From a virus, in the IMG/VR virus record IMGVR_UViG_3300023184_000083, positions 1 to 64,000 of that record: a stretch of 64,000 nt of DNA. One strand, written 5' to 3'. Below, one piece after another: positions 50,170-59,858 of the stretch. Below the pieces are notes generated by a model. That model was not told where the DNA came from, made no database searches, and worked only from the letters and a program-made list of their open reading frames with translations. Within the stretch, counting starts at the first letter, position 1; every line of letters starts with the position of its first letter. The translations under genes and the position numbers were made by a program.

Positions 50170-50529
50170 ATGGGGAACTTTGAGTTAGCACCAGATAACG
50201 GTTCATGCAAGGGTCATCCAGTTGATTGGTGGTTTCCAAACCTGTATGGACTCAATCGTGCAGACCTAATCAAAGCCCGTGCAAACATTAAAATGGCTAT
50301 AGATATTTGCAATACTTGTGAATGTATTAAAGAGTGTCTTGAGTATTCACTGCGACACGAGCCTTGGGGTATTTGGGGTGGACTCAATGAAGAAGAACGT
50401 GCTCGCTTGCGCTCCAAGAAGAGCATCTCGCTGTCCCGTGATGGCCGCATCAACTTCGCCGGCATAGGACTACGTAATGCAAATGGCAACTCAGTAAAGG
50501 ATGCGTCTAATGGCAATAGCATCCCATAG
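50170..50529 (+). CDS. whiB: WhiB-family transcription factor (second copy)
   Basis: C...C..C....C and GIWGG...ER. Confidence 0.9.
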   Translation: MGNFELAPDNGSCKGHPVDWWFPNLYGLNRADLIKARANIKMAIDICNTCECIKECLEYSLRHEPWGIWGGLNEEERARLRSKKSISLSRDGRINFAGIGLRNANGNSVKDASNGNSIP

Positions 50530-52255
50530 TCACACAGACGCCTTCTTGGCAAAACTAAATGGTGTTAAAGAGACCCCCAATGGATGGGAAGCCCGATGCC
50601 CATGTCGCAACGATGATGAAAACCCATCACTTGCTATCTCGGAAGATGACAGCAACGGCAATATTCTTGTTACTTGTCATCGTGGTAGTCCGTGTAACGC
50701 AAAAGAAATCTGCGAAGCGATGGGGACAACCATGGCTTCTCTGTTTCCCCCAAAGCAGGGCGAGAAAGAAAAGGACAAACTCACACTCGTTAAAGCGTAC
50801 GACTACACAGACGTAGATGGAACTCTTCTCTTCCAAAAGTGCCGGTATGTCAATCAGGACAATAAGAAGAAGTTTCTCCAACGCCGACCAGTAGGTAACG
50901 GCAAGTGGGATTACAAACTAGAGGACACTCCAAAGGTTCTTTACAACCTTCCAATGGTTGTCAAAGCCGTTAATGCCGGTCATCCAATATGGATTGTTGA
51001 AGGCGAGAAAGACTCAGACACTCTTACCGAGTTGGGGTACGTTGCAACCACTCCTCCTAATGGTGCTGGTAAGTGGTTACCAATACACACAAGCGTTCTC
51101 GCTGGAGCGACAGTAGACATCATTGCCGACAACGATGAGCCAGGTCGTGAACACGCACTAATGGTCGCACAGGAACTAATGAAGGTGAAGTGTGATGTTG
51201 CAGTGTGGGTGTCGCCTAAGTTTAAAGACATTACAGACCATCTTGCAGGTGGACTAACTTTCTCTGACTTAACAGCGCTTGATACGCCCGATGTAAAGGT
51301 TGAAGTGCATGATGAACCAGAAGCAGTCGGGGCCGAAGACACACCGGCAAATCAGTTCTCGGATGCAAAGTCAAAGATTGCAGAACTACTAACCCGTAGT
51401 GACCTGACTGCTGAACAAATAGTTCTCAAGTCATCCCAAATCATCACAAACATAAGCGCTGGTCGTCCTGTTGACTTCGGTCGTCTTGTTGTGTGGGAGG
51501 ACTTCATTAGAGAAGTTGACAAAGACACATACGAGTGGGTAATTGAAGGCTTGATTGAAAAAGGGGAACGTGTTATCGTTGTTGCTGCTGAGGGTGTTGG
51601 TAAGACGATGCTTGCACGACAAGTAGCAATCTGTTCTGCTGGTGGCATACATCCATTCACATATCAACGCATGAAGCCAGTGCGCACACTTACTGTTGAC
51701 CTTGAAAACCCTGAACGAATCATCAGGAAAACATCTCGTAATATAATTGGTGAAGTAAAGCGACTTAACGGCAACGCACCCATCAATGCTCAAGTCCTGA
51801 TTAAACCAAATGGTTTGAACCTACTCACCTCAGCAGACAGGATGGTCTTAGAGAAGGCGATAGAGGAATCAAAGCCCGAGTTGCTGGTGATGGGTCCCCT
51901 CTACAAGTCTTTCGTAGACCCAGGTGGTCGTACATCGGAAGCGATTGCTGTAGAGGTAGCAAAGTATCTTGACGATATCCGTACCACCTATCAGTGCGCC
52001 CTGTGGTTAGAGCATCACGCTCCTCTTGGAACAACAATGTCTACCCGAGACCTTCGTCCGTTTGGTTCTGCTGTGTGGTCCCGTTGGCCAGAGTTCGGTA
52101 TCTCTCTCACTCCAGACCCCTCTGCTGTGGGACAATATGTTTACGATGTTAAACACTTCAGAGGTGCACGTGATGAGCGTCAATGGCCTACTAAAATGAA
52201 GCGTGGTAGTAGGCTTCCGTTTGAAGTCTTGGAATTCATGAAAGTCTCCACATGA
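50510..52255 (+). CDS. Primase-helicase (Zn finger, TOPRIM, RecA-like AAA_25 helicase)
   Basis: CPC..D..PSL...CH, VEGEKD, DND.PG, AEGVGKT, LEHH, RPFGS..W. Confidence 0.88.
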   Translation: MAIASHSHTDAFLAKLNGVKETPNGWEARCPCRNDDENPSLAISEDDSNGNILVTCHRGSPCNAKEICEAMGTTMASLFPPKQGEKEKDKLTLVKAYDYTDVDGTLLFQKCRYVNQDNKKKFLQRRPVGNGKWDYKLEDTPKVLYNLPMVVKAVNAGHPIWIVEGEKDSDTLTELGYVATTPPNGAGKWLPIHTSVLAGATVDIIADNDEPGREHALMVAQELMKVKCDVAVWVSPKFKDITDHLAGGLTFSDLTALDTPDVKVEVHDEPEAVGAEDTPANQFSDAKSKIAELLTRSDLTAEQIVLKSSQIITNISAGRPVDFGRLVVWEDFIREVDKDTYEWVIEGLIEKGERVIVVAAEGVGKTMLARQVAICSAGGIHPFTYQRMKPVRTLTVDLENPERIIRKTSRNIIGEVKRLNGNAPINAQVLIKPNGLNLLTSADRMVLEKAIEESKPELLVMGPLYKSFVDPGGRTSEAIAVEVAKYLDDIRTTYQCALWLEHHAPLGTTMSTRDLRPFGSAVWSRWPEFGISLTPDPSAVGQYVYDVKHFRGARDERQWPTKMKRGSRLPFEVLEFMKVST

Positions 52256-52866
52256 GCGATGATAGAAATAACAAGGCGGTGTCAAGGGAGTTCCTTGCAG
52301 AACGTGACCTTCGTATTTTCAAGATGCGTCAGGCTGGTGTCTCAACTACTGAAATAGCAAGACGCTTTGGTATCACGTCAAGCGTGGTGAATAGGGCTGT
52401 ACAGAGGCAGTTGTCTAGACTGAACAGCGAAGCATTGTTGGCTTATCCCGAGGTGCTTCGTATGGAACTGGAGAGACTGGACAATCTACAGCAGGCTATT
52501 TGGCCCATGACTCAGCATCGCAAGGTGACTATGGACGACGGGACTGAAGTAGCGGTTGAACCAGACTTGAAGGCAATCCAACAGGTTTTGTCAATTATGG
52601 ACAGGCGTTCCAAACTCTTGGGTATGGAGCAGCAGACAGTGAATGTCAACATGGATGTTCGTGACATGAACCCAATCAAGGCAACTCTTGCTGGTGAAGC
52701 AAGCACGGCTAGGGCTCTTTCGGACTTTGATGCCGAGGGAGAGGCTAGACAACTTCTTGAGATTATGGGCTCTTCTGGAGTGCTTCCTTCTGATACTGTG
52801 AGAGCAATCCTCGGACAAGGGGAAATCGTAGATGCTGAAGTCGTGGAGACAGAACAAGATGAATGA
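52252..52866 (+). CDS. HTH protein, possibly terminase small subunit-like
   Basis: R.AG.S..EIA..., ELERLD.LQ...W, I..VL.I.DRR.KLLG. Confidence 0.6.
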   Translation: MSDDRNNKAVSREFLAERDLRIFKMRQAGVSTTEIARRFGITSSVVNRAVQRQLSRLNSEALLAYPEVLRMELERLDNLQQAIWPMTQHRKVTMDDGTEVAVEPDLKAIQQVLSIMDRRSKLLGMEQQTVNVNMDVRDMNPIKATLAGEASTARALSDFDAEGEARQLLEIMGSSGVLPSDTVRAILGQGEIVDAEVVETEQDE

Positions 52867-53221
52867 AGAAAAAGAACTTAAGAATCTCGCAGACTCTATT
52901 ATGTACCAGCCTCAGGACAACCTAAGGGCTGCCATGGACAAAGAAGTAGAAACAACTCTGAAAGACATGGCTGTATCAACGGCGCTATCCGATGGGGATG
53001 GACCCGCAGATAAGCAAGTTTTGATTCGTGCTACAGAGACAGACAAAGAGAGATGGAAGCGTGCTGCTGAAGTAAAAGGGCTAACTATGTCTGACTTCAT
53101 CAGGGGAGTGCTTAACGATGCTGCTGCAGGGACGCTTGACTGCAATCACCCAATCAATCAACGTCGTTACTACCCGTGGGCAGAGTTCTGCTTGGCGTGT
53201 GACGTACGTTTGCGTGGCTAA
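52859..53221 (+). CDS. Ribbon-helix-helix protein with C-terminal Zn motif
   Basis: QVLIR.T..DKE.WK.AA...G.TMSDFIR. Confidence 0.65.
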   Translation: MNEEKELKNLADSIMYQPQDNLRAAMDKEVETTLKDMAVSTALSDGDGPADKQVLIRATETDKERWKRAAEVKGLTMSDFIRGVLNDAAAGTLDCNHPINQRRYYPWAEFCLACDVRLRG

Positions 53222-53223
53222 CA

Positions 53224-53397
53224 ATGTGGAAGCCCAAGAAGAAGGAAGATGACTCCTTCTCACCCGTAGATAGGTATCTCATCTGTAGAGAGTGTGAACA
53301 CTTCTACGCACCAACTCGTCAGTGTAAAGAGTGTGGCTGCTTCTTAGCCCTAAAAGTTAAGTCAAAGTCTCAGTCATGCCCGATTGGTAAATGGTGA
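53224..53397 (+). CDS. Small Cys-rich protein (DUF6171-like), paralogue of 10778..11023 (not in the ORF track)
   Basis: RYLICRECEHF...QCKECGCF...K......CPIGKW. Confidence 0.75.
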   Translation: MWKPKKKEDDSFSPVDRYLICRECEHFYAPTRQCKECGCFLALKVKSKSQSCPIGKW

Positions 53398-53400
53398 GGC

Positions 53401-56400
53401 TCAAGAACCTCTGAGGTTTTTTCCCATTGTACGAGGCTTTCTCTTTGTAGATTCTTTATCGCTTCTACTACGCCCGATGACTGTTCTTTTATTCTTTTTT
53501 GCTTGCGAACGATTGCTAATACCGTTAATACCGGCGTCAGAATAACGGCGACTACCGTTACTAGTCTCTTGTGAACGTGCATACCTCTCACGGCTCCATC
53601 TCTTAATTGACCTATTGGTAGAGCGTAGTGTGCCACGGAAGCCTCCACCAGCATCCTTATACATCTTGATAAGTATCTGTTGTTTGCGCGCTGTCCACTC
53701 GCCGGCCTTGCCACCATCTTCACCTTTGAGAATGTTCTTTCTCATCTCTTTCCATAGTTCAGGAGAGTCTTGTTCTAGTGACTTCTGTTGTGGGGCGTTG
53801 TCTAAGAAACTCTTAGTAACAACAGCAACCCATGGGAGGGTCTTTGTATCAGGCTGTTTTATTGGTTTTCCTCTGACGTATCCTACGAACGAGGAGTGTG
53901 CCTTGCGTGTCTTCGTGATGTTGTTGTCTATGAGCGAATGTATATACGCAGTCGCTCTCGTTTTAGGGGGTTCTTGAAGTAGGGATTTGTTTTGAACAGG
54001 GCTATAAGTGTCAGGGTTATCCAGTTGTAGGATTTGCCTCATTGTTTCCACGTCTATGGTCATGTTGTCAGATGCTTTATGTATTTTTTCCAACAGTCTT
54101 AAAGCCTCTTTTGCTGTTGAGATTCCTCGCTTCTCATCAGCCTCTTCCCAAGTCCTAAGTTGCATTATCATGATTCTACGAAATAAATCAAAAGGAAGAG
54201 CGTCCTTATATTCAGGATTGTCTGCATAAATGTTTTGACTCGTATGAACCATTGCTAAAAAGTTTGCCCACTCTCCGTGTCTGTCAAACCCACGACCCGT
54301 TCCAAGATGACCAATAATGTCATGCATGACCTGTATATAGGAACCCTGGTCTTGCTCCTGAATCATCATCGCATCGGATGGAACCCTTAAGAACCTCTCG
54401 TACAGGGTGTCAAATGAGTCCATAGAGCCTCCTGGGGTGTACTCTGCGCCAAGAGATTCACGCAAGTTGTTATATGCGCTACGAGAGATTAATAAGGAAT
54501 CAGCGGCGTCACTTAGTTTTTCTCCGAATGTTTCGGAATAATCCGTGTATCCCAGTCCGGGTGTTGGCTCTCTCAAGTTGTCTAGAATGGATTGATACAT
54601 TCTGATTCTTGCTTCAGAAGATGGAATTCTCACATGAGAGAAGTCTCCATCAAAGCCAATAATCTTTTGAAATTCTGGAACCGGTGGAGCAATCATGGTG
54701 AATATGCCATCCGGTGATGGCTCTATGCGAATCTGGTTAACAAGTTCTCTTATTCTTTCTTCTGTCCACATGCCTTGTGGTGTTACGTTTCTATTGCGCA
54801 TGCGACTGAATAGTTCAGGGTCTCCGCCTGCCAACTTAAATATGACTTCAGGTATTTTTTCGGGAGCCAAATCATACAGAGATGGGTCTTTTACTAGAGC
54901 GTCAATTACTTCTATTGCTGCTTGTTGAGAGGCAAGACCATGCGTGTGTATGGCGTCCTGTTTAGCAACTGCTTGTACGTCTGTCCTAGTTGCACCATTT
55001 AATGGTTTACCTGAACGCAATCCACTAATTGGTGAACCATCATTGTTAAGTACCTGTGTTCTGTCGGAGTCGTCAAGCATGTCAATGACAGTTTGAATGT
55101 CACCCGTGTATCCATAAATCCAGTTGTTCCACTGTCCTCCATCCATGTCTTCATCGTATTTATCACCGAAACCAGTGCCATAAGTTTGTTCAATACGTGA
55201 CATCGCAAATCTAGTAAGCACGCTTCTCTTAACGGCTTCTTTTTCGTCAGGGGTGAAGTCGTCAAATATTGGATTATCAAGCATTGTAATTACTGCTAAT
55301 GGGTTAGCCCATTCGCCATGTCTATCAAACCCTCTACCAATACCCGCATGACCAAAAGCATCATGTACGCCTGATTCCACACTGCCGGAACCATCAGCGA
55401 AGGAACTTCTGATAGGGTTAGACAAGCCTGATAGGTAGAGACTCAACCAACCAGAGCCCACCGAATCACCGATATCTTCTTTTGGTGCACCTTCTGTTAG
55501 TGATTCAACTAGTCCTATTAATCTGTTGCTGAATCTTTCTTCTAGGCGCTCATAGTTTCTGCCGAAGAGACTCTGCCTAGTATCCTCATCATTAAAAATT
55601 GCTTCGGATTGGTTTTCTTTTATGTGTTTTGCTGCTGCTTTGACTGTCGCACGCTTAGGTACCCGTACCTTAGACCAGTCTCGTTTGTCTGGAATGAATT
55701 GAAACATGAGTGGGTTCGGGTCCGCCATCATCATTGGGATGCCATCATCATCAACTTCAACACGAATGGAATCCAATAGACGCTTCTTGAATTGTTCTAT
55801 TGCTGAATGTATTGGTCTCTTTGCTAGTTCTCCACTAGTCACTTCATCCATACGTTGAGTAAGTTCGTCCTCTGCTATGGATACTTCTTTATCTGATAGT
55901 TCTAATTCTTTTGATATCTGACCAAAGTCTTTACCCATGATGGTTGCTGAACGAGAGGCAAGACCACTTACGTTGCGTTCCCATGGTTTATCAGGAGTGC
56001 CACCGGTACTGGTGTGTTTGCCTCTGGTCTCACCCGTGACTGTTATGCCTGACAAACGAGCAAGAGTGCTCCTAAAAGCGTCACTAACAAGCATGTTGTT
56101 TACGTTTGCGTGAGGTGAAGTAACAGCAGCAAAGCCTTCTGCAAATGTCTCCTGTGGGTCTGACAATGCATAACCCGAAAAGACAACTGGATAACCTTGA
56201 CCAGCAAGGTCAAAGAAATGAAACGGGTCAAAGTGTTTGTTTTCTACTAACCTGCCTCTTGTCACGCTGTCATACATGGAAGAAATAGGCTTACTTACTA
56301 ATGGGTCACCAAGAGCCCACCCTTTTTTGGCATTAAACAGGTCTCTTAATTCTGCCTTGTTTGCCAGTATCTGACTTTCTGTCATTCCTAGTGTTTGTAA

Positions 56401-58365
56401 TTGTGTCCTTGCAGAGCGTCTTGTTAGTTTCCAGTAAAGGAAGTGCCCGTACTCATGTCTAAGAGTAGATGACATGTCTCCTTGTACACCCCATGGAAGG
56501 TTTAGTTCTTCGTCTGCATTTTGAAAAACCTTCCATAACGTTATCTCTCCTGGTTTTGAATCAGGCTTGTACTTTTTTAAATAATCTCTTAGTTCAAGGT
56601 TGAACGTTATGCCGCTTGTTAGTTCCTCACCTAATGGACGAAACCATGCGCCCGCTTGGCTCTCACCAGGGGCTCCACCTATAGTGCCAGTAACATTACC
56701 TCTAAGCCTTGCTTCACTTGCTGACTTACTAGTGGTAACAGTAATCGGAGGCAAACCAAACGTGCGTACATACCATGCGAATGCTGGGTCCTTCAGTGCT
56801 TCTCTTACTATGTCCTGTGCTTCTTTGATTCCTTCTGGTGAAAAGTCAATACCATCTGCTTGTAGTAGTGTCAGGGTGTGAGGTAGCATTGCCTGTGATT
56901 CCATGTGCTGTTCAGCCCGTGAGAGTTTATTCCAGTCCTCACCTATTGCTAACTGTGCAATGTATGTTGCCCAATCCATTGCGGAACGAACTACTACCAA
57001 CTCTGCTATCTCATCATCAGAGGCATCTTTAAGCCAGTCTGGTGAGGTGGGTGCAATACCTATGTTGGTATGGCGTGTTTCGTATGGGTTGTTAGGGTCG
57101 CTTAGGTTGGGTGTCAGAAAGAATGATGGCATCTGTACATTGCCACCCGTGGGTGTTGTTGGCTTCTGTGATGAGCGTAGTCCTATCGCATTGCGCTCCT
57201 CCGCTCTCTTGCGTGGGGTGACAGTGCGTATGGGGTGTCCTAGTACCTCTTGGATATGCGCTTTGAGTACAGGGTTCAGTAGGTTGTGTATGTCCTCGTC
57301 ATCACTAAGGTATGCACTTACACCTTCTGCGAACATCTCTGATGGGTTGGTCTGACCGTACTGTGTACCTACAAAGGGTGCACCATCAGGCATGTCCTTG
57401 TTGTTCTCAATGGCATCTACTAAGTCTTTCCATTGACCACTGAGTCTCTTGAGTTCTTCATCATCTATGCCTAGTGTGTTCATTAGGAATTCAGTGGACT
57501 CCCAATCATCTAGTGCATAGTAAGAAGCGAGTGCCATCTGACGGCTACCTAGTGGTGCTGTCTCTAAGGCAATGTCATTGAGGTAGTGACCAAACTCATG
57601 ACGGAAGTAATCAGATACCTCTACACCTGCCAATTGTTTCTTAGTACCTTTGGCACCAAAGCCATTGACAAAGAACTTACTTGTGTTCATTCTCTTCTTG
57701 ATGTTCTGTATTGCACCAGTAGAGAATGTATTGGGATTGAATGACATCCAGTTATGTTCATACTCATAGGCAGCACCTACTAGGCGTGTCATGGCACCTT
57801 TCTTAAACATCACGACAGGTGGCATACCGAAGCGACCTACCTCATCATGGAATGATGGGCTATCAGTGAGTGCCTTCTCTAGTGCTACCCGTAGCACCTT
57901 TACGGCTTGAGGTGAGAAGTCAAAGGGTTCAGTGCTACCTAAGTTGTCTAAGAGGTCCTTTGAGAAGGACTCTAGGTACTGTGCATTGGTGAGGTCATCA
58001 CGCCTCTTGTGCTGTAGTAGTTGCTCTACGAACCTCTGTGGTGAGTCAGGTACTGCCTTCTCTGCTACCTCTTTAGGTGTCAGGTTGGCATAGCCTCTAC
58101 CCGAATAGTCACCCGTGACGCTCCTGAGACCATAGGGGATGCCGACATTGAGAGGTACTGATGGTCTCTCAAACTCGGATGCGTCTTGGACTAGACCATC
58201 ACCATCACCATCAAAGGCCTTGGGGTCAAACCTTTCCTTTGCTATGCGCATACCGAGTCCCTTGACCTCTTGACCATCAAGGGTCTTGACCTCTAAGGGT
58301 GACTCTTTGCGTCGTCTTAGAGAGCGAGCAGAGTCATCAGGGTTGATGTGGAAAGTGAATGGCAT
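53401..58365 (-). CDS. Large polyvalent protein: DGDGDG motif, two HExGH zincin-like domains, two HDxxGH domains, C-terminal DUF5872-like domain
   Basis: RHEFGH..EMFAE and RHEYGH..ETFAE. HD..GH.G.GRGFDRHGEWAN twice. GGKAGEWTARK.Q.....YK.AGGGF. Confidence 0.8.
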   Translation of the reverse strand: MPFTFHINPDDSARSLRRRKESPLEVKTLDGQEVKGLGMRIAKERFDPKAFDGDGDGLVQDASEFERPSVPLNVGIPYGLRSVTGDYSGRGYANLTPKEVAEKAVPDSPQRFVEQLLQHKRRDDLTNAQYLESFSKDLLDNLGSTEPFDFSPQAVKVLRVALEKALTDSPSFHDEVGRFGMPPVVMFKKGAMTRLVGAAYEYEHNWMSFNPNTFSTGAIQNIKKRMNTSKFFVNGFGAKGTKKQLAGVEVSDYFRHEFGHYLNDIALETAPLGSRQMALASYYALDDWESTEFLMNTLGIDDEELKRLSGQWKDLVDAIENNKDMPDGAPFVGTQYGQTNPSEMFAEGVSAYLSDDEDIHNLLNPVLKAHIQEVLGHPIRTVTPRKRAEERNAIGLRSSQKPTTPTGGNVQMPSFFLTPNLSDPNNPYETRHTNIGIAPTSPDWLKDASDDEIAELVVVRSAMDWATYIAQLAIGEDWNKLSRAEQHMESQAMLPHTLTLLQADGIDFSPEGIKEAQDIVREALKDPAFAWYVRTFGLPPITVTTSKSASEARLRGNVTGTIGGAPGESQAGAWFRPLGEELTSGITFNLELRDYLKKYKPDSKPGEITLWKVFQNADEELNLPWGVQGDMSSTLRHEYGHFLYWKLTRRSARTQLQTLGMTESQILANKAELRDLFNAKKGWALGDPLVSKPISSMYDSVTRGRLVENKHFDPFHFFDLAGQGYPVVFSGYALSDPQETFAEGFAAVTSPHANVNNMLVSDAFRSTLARLSGITVTGETRGKHTSTGGTPDKPWERNVSGLASRSATIMGKDFGQISKELELSDKEVSIAEDELTQRMDEVTSGELAKRPIHSAIEQFKKRLLDSIRVEVDDDGIPMMMADPNPLMFQFIPDKRDWSKVRVPKRATVKAAAKHIKENQSEAIFNDEDTRQSLFGRNYERLEERFSNRLIGLVESLTEGAPKEDIGDSVGSGWLSLYLSGLSNPIRSSFADGSGSVESGVHDAFGHAGIGRGFDRHGEWANPLAVITMLDNPIFDDFTPDEKEAVKRSVLTRFAMSRIEQTYGTGFGDKYDEDMDGGQWNNWIYGYTGDIQTVIDMLDDSDRTQVLNNDGSPISGLRSGKPLNGATRTDVQAVAKQDAIHTHGLASQQAAIEVIDALVKDPSLYDLAPEKIPEVIFKLAGGDPELFSRMRNRNVTPQGMWTEERIRELVNQIRIEPSPDGIFTMIAPPVPEFQKIIGFDGDFSHVRIPSSEARIRMYQSILDNLREPTPGLGYTDYSETFGEKLSDAADSLLISRSAYNNLRESLGAEYTPGGSMDSFDTLYERFLRVPSDAMMIQEQDQGSYIQVMHDIIGHLGTGRGFDRHGEWANFLAMVHTSQNIYADNPEYKDALPFDLFRRIMIMQLRTWEEADEKRGISTAKEALRLLEKIHKASDNMTIDVETMRQILQLDNPDTYSPVQNKSLLQEPPKTRATAYIHSLIDNNITKTRKAHSSFVGYVRGKPIKQPDTKTLPWVAVVTKSFLDNAPQQKSLEQDSPELWKEMRKNILKGEDGGKAGEWTARKQQILIKMYKDAGGGFRGTLRSTNRSIKRWSRERYARSQETSNGSRRYSDAGINGISNRSQAKKNKRTVIGRSRSDKESTKRKPRTMGKNLRGS

Positions 58366-58369
58366 GATA

Positions 58370-58795
58370 ACTATTGTAAGTGAAGGGTGATGTGTGATGA
58401 GACACTATCGCATTGGCATTCATTGAGTGAGACACTAAGGTCATCATGAGGTGGCATTAGGGGTCATGAGAGAGCCTCTGAGAGCCTCTAAGAGGACATG
58501 GGTCATGATGTGGTCTCTCTATGGGGTGCTGTCAAGGGGTGCCCTATGAGGCGAGGGGTAGGCATGCCTAACAGAACAGGTGTTCGTGATAGGTCAGCCT
58601 AACAGAACAGGTGTTCGGCCTGTGGATAAAGGGTGTGGATAACCACTAAAAGTGGTCAAAAGGGGTCAAAAACCACTATCCATAGTCATTTCTCGGGGCT
58701 TTTTCCACAGGGGTCTCAGGGCTGTGGGGAGCAACATACTAATAAATGAAGTTTCCCCACTCTTCAAATAGATTTATCCAACCCCTTCGTATGCG
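58370..58795. promoter_or_regulatory. Repeat-rich control or origin-like region with LexA boxes, IdeR-like sites and DnaA boxes
   Basis: 21-bp direct repeat at 58566-86 and 58597-617. TGTGGATAA at 58621 and 58634. TTTTCCACA at 58701. TGAGACACTA twice, GAGAGCCTCT twice, GGTCAAAA twice. Confidence 0.7.
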
Positions 58796-59278
58796 TTACC
58801 AGTTCGTCGTCAACTGCGACCGGTGGAGGAGTCGTGTCGTGTCTGGTGCGTAATGTGCTGGTTGTGCCAAGTCCCAAGCGGCGTCGTAGTTTATCCATCC
58901 CCAGATGTCTACTGTCGTGAACTCGGGCGGTTCTGGTTGTGCGGCGAATAGTACTAACCCTTTACCTAGTTGGTGTTTGCGTACTGCGACTGTTTCCCCC
59001 TTGCGGATTCGGCGGACTTCTATATTGCTGCCTACATCAGGGACGTCTTTGTACTTCTTATGGTCCTCTTTAGGCCATACATGGCCACTCCAAAAGCGGT
59101 TTGTCGCTTTCGCTACGGCTAATTCGCAGATTGCTGCTGCAACAGTTGCGGTTCGGTCGTCTTCCATTAGTTCTTTTTTGTAGTGAGGCGCGTCTTGTTT
59201 TCCCCAGTTGGCTGCAAAGCGGGCAATACCTACATGTGATGCGTGCACATATTCCCAGGGCTCTAGATTAATAATCAC
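58796..59278 (-). CDS. Hypothetical protein, possibly PD-(D/E)xK-like
   Basis: CELAVAK...PDVG.NIEVR. Confidence 0.65.
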   Translation of the reverse strand: MIINLEPWEYVHASHVGIARFAANWGKQDAPHYKKELMEDDRTATVAAAICELAVAKATNRFWSGHVWPKEDHKKYKDVPDVGSNIEVRRIRKGETVAVRKHQLGKGLVLFAAQPEPPEFTTVDIWGWINYDAAWDLAQPAHYAPDTTRLLHRSQLTTNW

Positions 59279-59552
59279 GTCTTTGCTTTCTAGTTAGATT
59301 TAACTAATTGGTTGTTGCGATTGTCGTTATTCGCTACTAGCGTATCGGTACGAGGTGTAAATACACAAATAGTCGTCCTGTTGTGCAGATAGATTTATCT
59401 AAACTTCATGGATATCGGGAACCCGAAAGGTTAAGCAATGTCTCTAAGCACGTTATATTTAATCTCACTATTGTCAGTAACGGGAATGTGCATTGCTGTA
59501 CTTGCGGTTGCCTATATGGCGCTTACACAAAGTAATTAATTAAGGAATACAA

Positions 59553-59858
59553 ATGAAACCCCGTATATGCCAATCAAAAAAGAAAGACGGAAACCCCTGT
59601 AAAGGAAATGCATTAGGTGGCGGCTATTTCTGCTATGTACATCAAAACTCCAAAGACCCAATATTAATTAGAGACCCGTTACTAGAAGCAACGCGAGAAT
59701 GGCACAACTCAATAGTAGCCCTCATTGACTGGCACTACCGCACAGGCGGAGATGTCTCTGAAATTTTCGGAAAATATGTTCCGCCCCCAGAAAAAAACCC
59801 TTATCGCAAACAGGCAAACTTCAACAAACGCGACACTTCGCCAAAACAAGGAATATAA
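59553..59858 (+). CDS. Hypothetical protein with a C-C-C-H zinc-finger-like N-terminus
   Basis: C...KKDG.PC..N......C..H. Confidence 0.6.
   Translation: MKPRICQSKKKDGNPCKGNALGGGYFCYVHQNSKDPILIRDPLLEATREWHNSIVALIDWHYRTGGDVSEIFGKYVPPPEKNPYRKQANFNKRDTSPKQGI

Noticed and set aside
58522-58535. GGTGCTGTCAAG as an L5-type stoperator
   Set aside because: It is a single imperfect copy and is equally explained as a TTGACA -35 element on the minus strand.
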